Source of the DNA: Candidatus Delongbacteria bacterium
GTDB taxonomy: Bacteria > UBA4055
Direction of reading: 5' to 3'
Length of the DNA: 51,721 nucleotides
Assembly: GCA_016937995.1 (NCBI GenBank)
Contig: JAFGVM010000063.1
Location: forward strand, 1 to 51,721
Part shown: one piece after another, positions 48,079 through 51,721 of the stretch
Layout of the letters: each line of letters starts with the position of its first letter
How positions within the stretch are numbered: position 1 is the first letter of the stretch
Translations under genes and position numbers: made by a program
Notes under the pieces: generated by a model
The model's input: the letters and a program-made list of their open reading frames with translations, nothing else
What the model was told of the DNA's origin: nothing
Database searches by the model: none

Positions 48079-50466
48079 TTATTTGTAAATATCATCGTCA
48101 TCAAAGAAATTTTCGTCTGGGTAATCTTCCCTTTCTATTTCAAATTTCTTTGCACCCTTGTTGAAACCATACTCACTCTCTTCATTCTGACCTTCATGAT
48201 CATCTTCATCAGTGTTAGAAGAATCTTCAGTCAGGAATTCCTCATTGTTAAATGTATTACTGTCTCTTTCTATCACGACATCTTCGACAGTTGGGAATGA
48301 AATTCTAAAAATAGTTCCCTCGTTCATTTTAGACCTTACATCTATAGCACCTTTATAATCCTCTACAATGCTTTTAACAATGCTCAATCCCAGTCCCAGT
48401 CCTTTTCCCATTTCTTTGGTAGTGTAAAACGAATCGAAAATCCTGCCTATGTCAGATTCATTAATTCCATAACCGTTGTCTTCTATTTCGAGAATTATAT
48501 TCTTATTCTCGAATTTTGTGGATATCCTGATAACTCCCTGATCAGAATGAAGACCTTTTTGAGATATAGCATCTTTAGCATTTGACAGTAGATTAAAAAG
48601 TATCTGTGCGATCTCCTGATAGTTACATCTTAACAAAGGAAGCCTTGGATGAAGATCAAGATCGACAGTTGCATTATATTTAATATTATTCTTGACAAGT
48701 ATCAGTACGTCCTTAATGATCTCATTAACCGAATTAGGAGTATATTCTCTGCTGAAGTAGCTCATTTTCGAAGTACTGTTGACTATCTGCTCAATAATAC
48801 CGATAGATTTCTTATTACTGTTAACGAGACTTTTAAGATCATTAAATACTCTGCTGATCTCATGTTTTTTAACTAACTTTTTAATTTCAAGGGCAACTTT
48901 TTTATCTGTGGTTTTAACTTTAATTAGATCATAAATGAACAAAGTTAGATCGTTAAGACTAAGCCTGATATTATCCAATGATAGTTTTATTACCTGACTG
49001 GGATTTCTTATTTCATGGGTTATCCCGGCTAATAGTGTGCCTAGAGATACCATTTTGTCCAATCTTGAAGCATCTTTTTCAGAGTGAAGTAATTTTTCAT
49101 TGGACTCATTCAATTTATCAGTTGTGATCTTTATCTCTTCGTTCAATTTTTTATTCAATGCTTCGATCTCAAGTGAATATTTGTTCAGCAGTTCCTGTCT
49201 GGTAGACTTGAGCTTGTAAGATCTGTAAACAAAGTACAGAACCAGAACGGACAGCAAGAATATTATGAGAAAAAAATTGTTGATGCTTTTTTGTTTTTCA
49301 AGATTGGATAATGCATACTGATTATCTCTGATCTGGGAATAAAGCTGTTTTTCTTTCTGTTCCAGATTGTATTTTTTTTCAAGCTCAGCTATTTTATGTT
49401 CTTTTTCTGAATCAAGTATCTCGCTGTTTACTCTGTTATATTCCTGAAGATTGGAGAAAGCATTTTTAAAATTATTTGAAGCTGAATCAGCTTTAATAAT
49501 AAATTGAAGATTATTCCTAACCATCACTTTGACGCCCATCTCTTCAAATGCTTTTTTACTCTTATTTAAATATTTTTTTGCCGTAACGAATTTTTTTGTA
49601 ATAAAGTATGCTTTGCCATAATTGTGATCAGTTAATCCTAATCCGTAATTATCATTAACTTTTTTGAAAATGGCAGAAGCTGATCTTAAATTTTTTACCG
49701 CTTCATTAAATTTACCCAGCTCAATATAAATATCTGACATATTGTTCATTATGATAGCCTGATAATGCTCGAGCTTCTCATTTTCATAGATCTTCAGAAC
49801 CTTTTTTAAGTTATTTAAAGCTTCGTCTAGTTTCCCTTGATGACTGTAAACTACAGATATGTTATTCAGAACTTTAGCTACATCCATTATATTCAGTAAG
49901 GATCGGTAGATGTCCAGGGCTTCGTTAAGATTCTCCAGCGCTTTATCATAATCTTTCATTTCATCAAAAACCAGTCCAATATCATTTAAGGCTTCAGCTC
50001 TGGAAAAATTATCGCTGATGTTATCGGCATACTTAAGTGACTTATAGAAGAATATCAGAGCATTATTATAGTCCGACAATTGATAGTATGACTGACCTAT
50101 TTCCTTGGTCAGTGTTATTATCATAGGTTTGTCTAACAGTTCCTCATAAATTTTAAGAGAGGATCTGTATTCGTCAACTGATTCGACATATTTACTTTGA
50201 TCAAAAAGCAGATTCCCTTTTTCATAGTGGATCTTTGCTTTCATATCGATCTTGCCGTACTCGACTGCCAGACCTTGAGCCTCTTCAAGAAGCTCAATAG
50301 CTCTAACTGAATTATCGGTAGATATTTTCTCAGCTAACTGGATCAGCAATCCTATCTTCTGATCACCTGAAGCTGTGTTTATAAGATTTTCCAGAGAATC
50401 TTTCTCTTGAGCATATATTAAAACTATTGCAAATAAAAGTATAATTCCAATTAACGATCGCTTCAT
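48079..50466 (-). CDS. TPR-repeat sensor histidine kinase
   Basis: Signal peptide, periplasmic TPRs (LNDIG, LNNIS, MNNMS), TM, THEIRNP H-box, DNGYGI, FYTTK, GLGLGLS; acidic tail. Confidence 0.92.
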   Translation of the reverse strand: MKRSLIGIILLFAIVLIYAQEKDSLENLINTASGDQKIGLLIQLAEKISTDNSVRAIELLEEAQGLAVEYGKIDMKAKIHYEKGNLLFDQSKYVESVDEYRSSLKIYEELLDKPMIITLTKEIGQSYYQLSDYNNALIFFYKSLKYADNISDNFSRAEALNDIGLVFDEMKDYDKALENLNEALDIYRSLLNIMDVAKVLNNISVVYSHQGKLDEALNNLKKVLKIYENEKLEHYQAIIMNNMSDIYIELGKFNEAVKNLRSASAIFKKVNDNYGLGLTDHNYGKAYFITKKFVTAKKYLNKSKKAFEEMGVKVMVRNNLQFIIKADSASNNFKNAFSNLQEYNRVNSEILDSEKEHKIAELEKKYNLEQKEKQLYSQIRDNQYALSNLEKQKSINNFFLIIFLLSVLVLYFVYRSYKLKSTRQELLNKYSLEIEALNKKLNEEIKITTDKLNESNEKLLHSEKDASRLDKMVSLGTLLAGITHEIRNPSQVIKLSLDNIRLSLNDLTLFIYDLIKVKTTDKKVALEIKKLVKKHEISRVFNDLKSLVNSNKKSIGIIEQIVNSTSKMSYFSREYTPNSVNEIIKDVLILVKNNIKYNATVDLDLHPRLPLLRCNYQEIAQILFNLLSNAKDAISQKGLHSDQGVIRISTKFENKNIILEIEDNGYGINESDIGRIFDSFYTTKEMGKGLGLGLSIVKSIVEDYKGAIDVRSKMNEGTIFRISFPTVEDVVIERDSNTFNNEEFLTEDSSNTDEDDHEGQNEESEYGFNKGAKKFEIEREDYPDENFFDDDDIYK

Positions 50467-50690
50467 TTTAAAGTCTCCCTCGCATACGTGTGCGTTAAGA
50501 ATAAGATGTTAATTTATGTTTTTTATACAAAATTCACAAGTTAATAAATGTAAAAAATCCCGGACATATTATTTTAAACAGAACGATCATTTTGATATTA
50601 AAGCATTATCCAACTCAATATATTTTTTAATCTTGCAAAACGGAATAATAATTCTCATTATTAATAGTCAAGAAATTAAAGGAGTTGATT

Positions 50691-51641
50691 ATGCGCAGCG
50701 AGGATTTCAATAAAGCTTTCGAAACATATTCAAAGATCAAGAAAAATATACTGACAGTGTTCAAAGGTGATCCGTTCAATATAGATCTATTGCTTAGCGG
50801 TTATTTCACTAACGGTCATATTTTGCTTGAAGATTATCCCGGTACAGGTAAAACAACTTTGGCAAAAGCTCTGGCACTGTCTATTCAAACAGATTTTAAG
50901 AGAATTCAGTTCACACCGGATCTTTTACCAACAGATATAACCGGAGTTAATGTTTTTAATGTAAAGGATCAAAATTTTTATCTACAGAAAGGTCCTGTAT
51001 TTACTAACATACTTTTAGCGGATGAGATCAACAGAACAACTTCCAGAACTCAATCAGCCTTACTTGAAGCAATGGAGGAAAAGCAGGTCACTATAGACGG
51101 AACAATATATCCATTAAGTGATGATTTTTTTGTTGTTTCAACACTGAATCCAGCGGAACTTCAGGGAACCTATCCACTACCTGAATCACAGATAGACAGG
51201 TTTGCACTTCGATTCTCACTTGGATATCTATCTAAAAAAGAAGAAGTAGAAATGCTTGAAATGAAAAATCCATCAAAACCATTAGCAGAACTTTCATCAT
51301 GTTCCACAAGAGATGAAATTCTTCAAGTCAGAGCAGTTCTGGATGAAATAACAGTTCATGATGATATAAAGGATTTTATAGTTGAGCTTGTAAGAAGAAC
51401 AAGATCATACGATGGAATTCTTATAGGTGCAAGCCCGAGAGCATCAATTGCCCTACAGAAATTATCCAAAGTACTGGCATTATCCGAAAATAAACAGTTC
51501 GTCACCCCGGACCATGTTATAAAACTGGCACCTTTTGTTCTTGGTCATAGATTAATATTCGATCAATTCGTTAATGATGAAGAGACAAAACAGATAGATA
51601 TTATCGACAACATTATCAAAGAAACCCCTGTTCCGAAGTAA
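50691..51641 (+). CDS. MoxR family AAA+ ATPase (second paralog)
   Basis: LEDYPGTGKT, RIQFTPDLLPTD, LADEINR, QGTYPLPESQIDRF; ATG at 50691 after AAGGAG. Confidence 0.95.
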   Translation: MRSEDFNKAFETYSKIKKNILTVFKGDPFNIDLLLSGYFTNGHILLEDYPGTGKTTLAKALALSIQTDFKRIQFTPDLLPTDITGVNVFNVKDQNFYLQKGPVFTNILLADEINRTTSRTQSALLEAMEEKQVTIDGTIYPLSDDFFVVSTLNPAELQGTYPLPESQIDRFALRFSLGYLSKKEEVEMLEMKNPSKPLAELSSCSTRDEILQVRAVLDEITVHDDIKDFIVELVRRTRSYDGILIGASPRASIALQKLSKVLALSENKQFVTPDHVIKLAPFVLGHRLIFDQFVNDEETKQIDIIDNIIKETPVPK

Positions 51642-51721
51642 GAAGTAAGAAGTAAGAAGTAAGAAGTAAGAAGTAAGAAGTAAGAAGTAAGAAGTAAGAA
51701 GTAAGAAGTAAGAAGTAAGAA
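51635..51721 (+). repeat. Perfect heptamer tandem array (GAAGTAA)x12+ running off the window end
   Basis: 12 exact copies plus GAA; the first copy contains the moxR TAA stop. Confidence 0.95.

Noticed and set aside
50516-50713. 65-aa ORF in the divergent spacer
   Set aside because: No RBS or motif, low-complexity AT-rich sequence, and it overlaps the moxR start in another frame.
51635-51721. CRISPR array or telomere-like end
   Set aside because: Pure 7-bp tandem with no spacers and no cas genes; the context is an ordinary bacterial gene end.

Overview
AT-rich bacterial chromosomal segment. The gene content (Omp85 barrel, secreted beta-helix protein, glycyl-radical enzyme) suggests an anaerobic diderm, possibly FCB-group; taxonomy is inference only. 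Left to right: a minus-strand run of alr (truncated at the edge), mnmE, HypD-type glycyl radical enzyme, its activase and a PLP aminotransferase. Next is a plus-strand operon holB-ricT(PSP1)-orphan PLD-like protein-alaS running into an 8-gene surface glycosylation cluster. After it comes a secreted beta-helix protein split by a single in-frame TAG. A long minus-strand block follows: GT2-like, surE, folP, ftsH, hpt, moxR, MORN/TPR, TPR-like, membrane Cys4 protein, purF, nitroreductase, flavodoxin, HutD, TfoX. Then DUF58-ahcY, a hybrid histidine kinase and an Omp85 barrel. A minus-strand block contains a TPR kinase, pepP, iscU-like, DUF1858, accD, accA and a pyruvate/oxaloacetate carboxyltransferase fused to a complete AccB-like protein, with no accC. 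A second moxR ends in a (GAAGTAA)12 array at the window edge. I recognised no rRNA, tRNA, CRISPR array or transposase. Best leads: (1) the accD-accA-[PycB/OadA::AccB] operon as a possible ATP-independent oxaloacetate:acetyl-CoA transcarboxylase; (2) recurring 'gene end + heptamer tandem + GTAG-REP hairpin' modules; (3) the orphan coiled-coil/PLD-like gene inside a housekeeping operon; (4) the GT2/flippase/GT-C cluster with a FemAB-like enzyme behind alaS; (5) the amber codon at a probable Trp position. All annotations come from reading motifs by eye; no database search was run.
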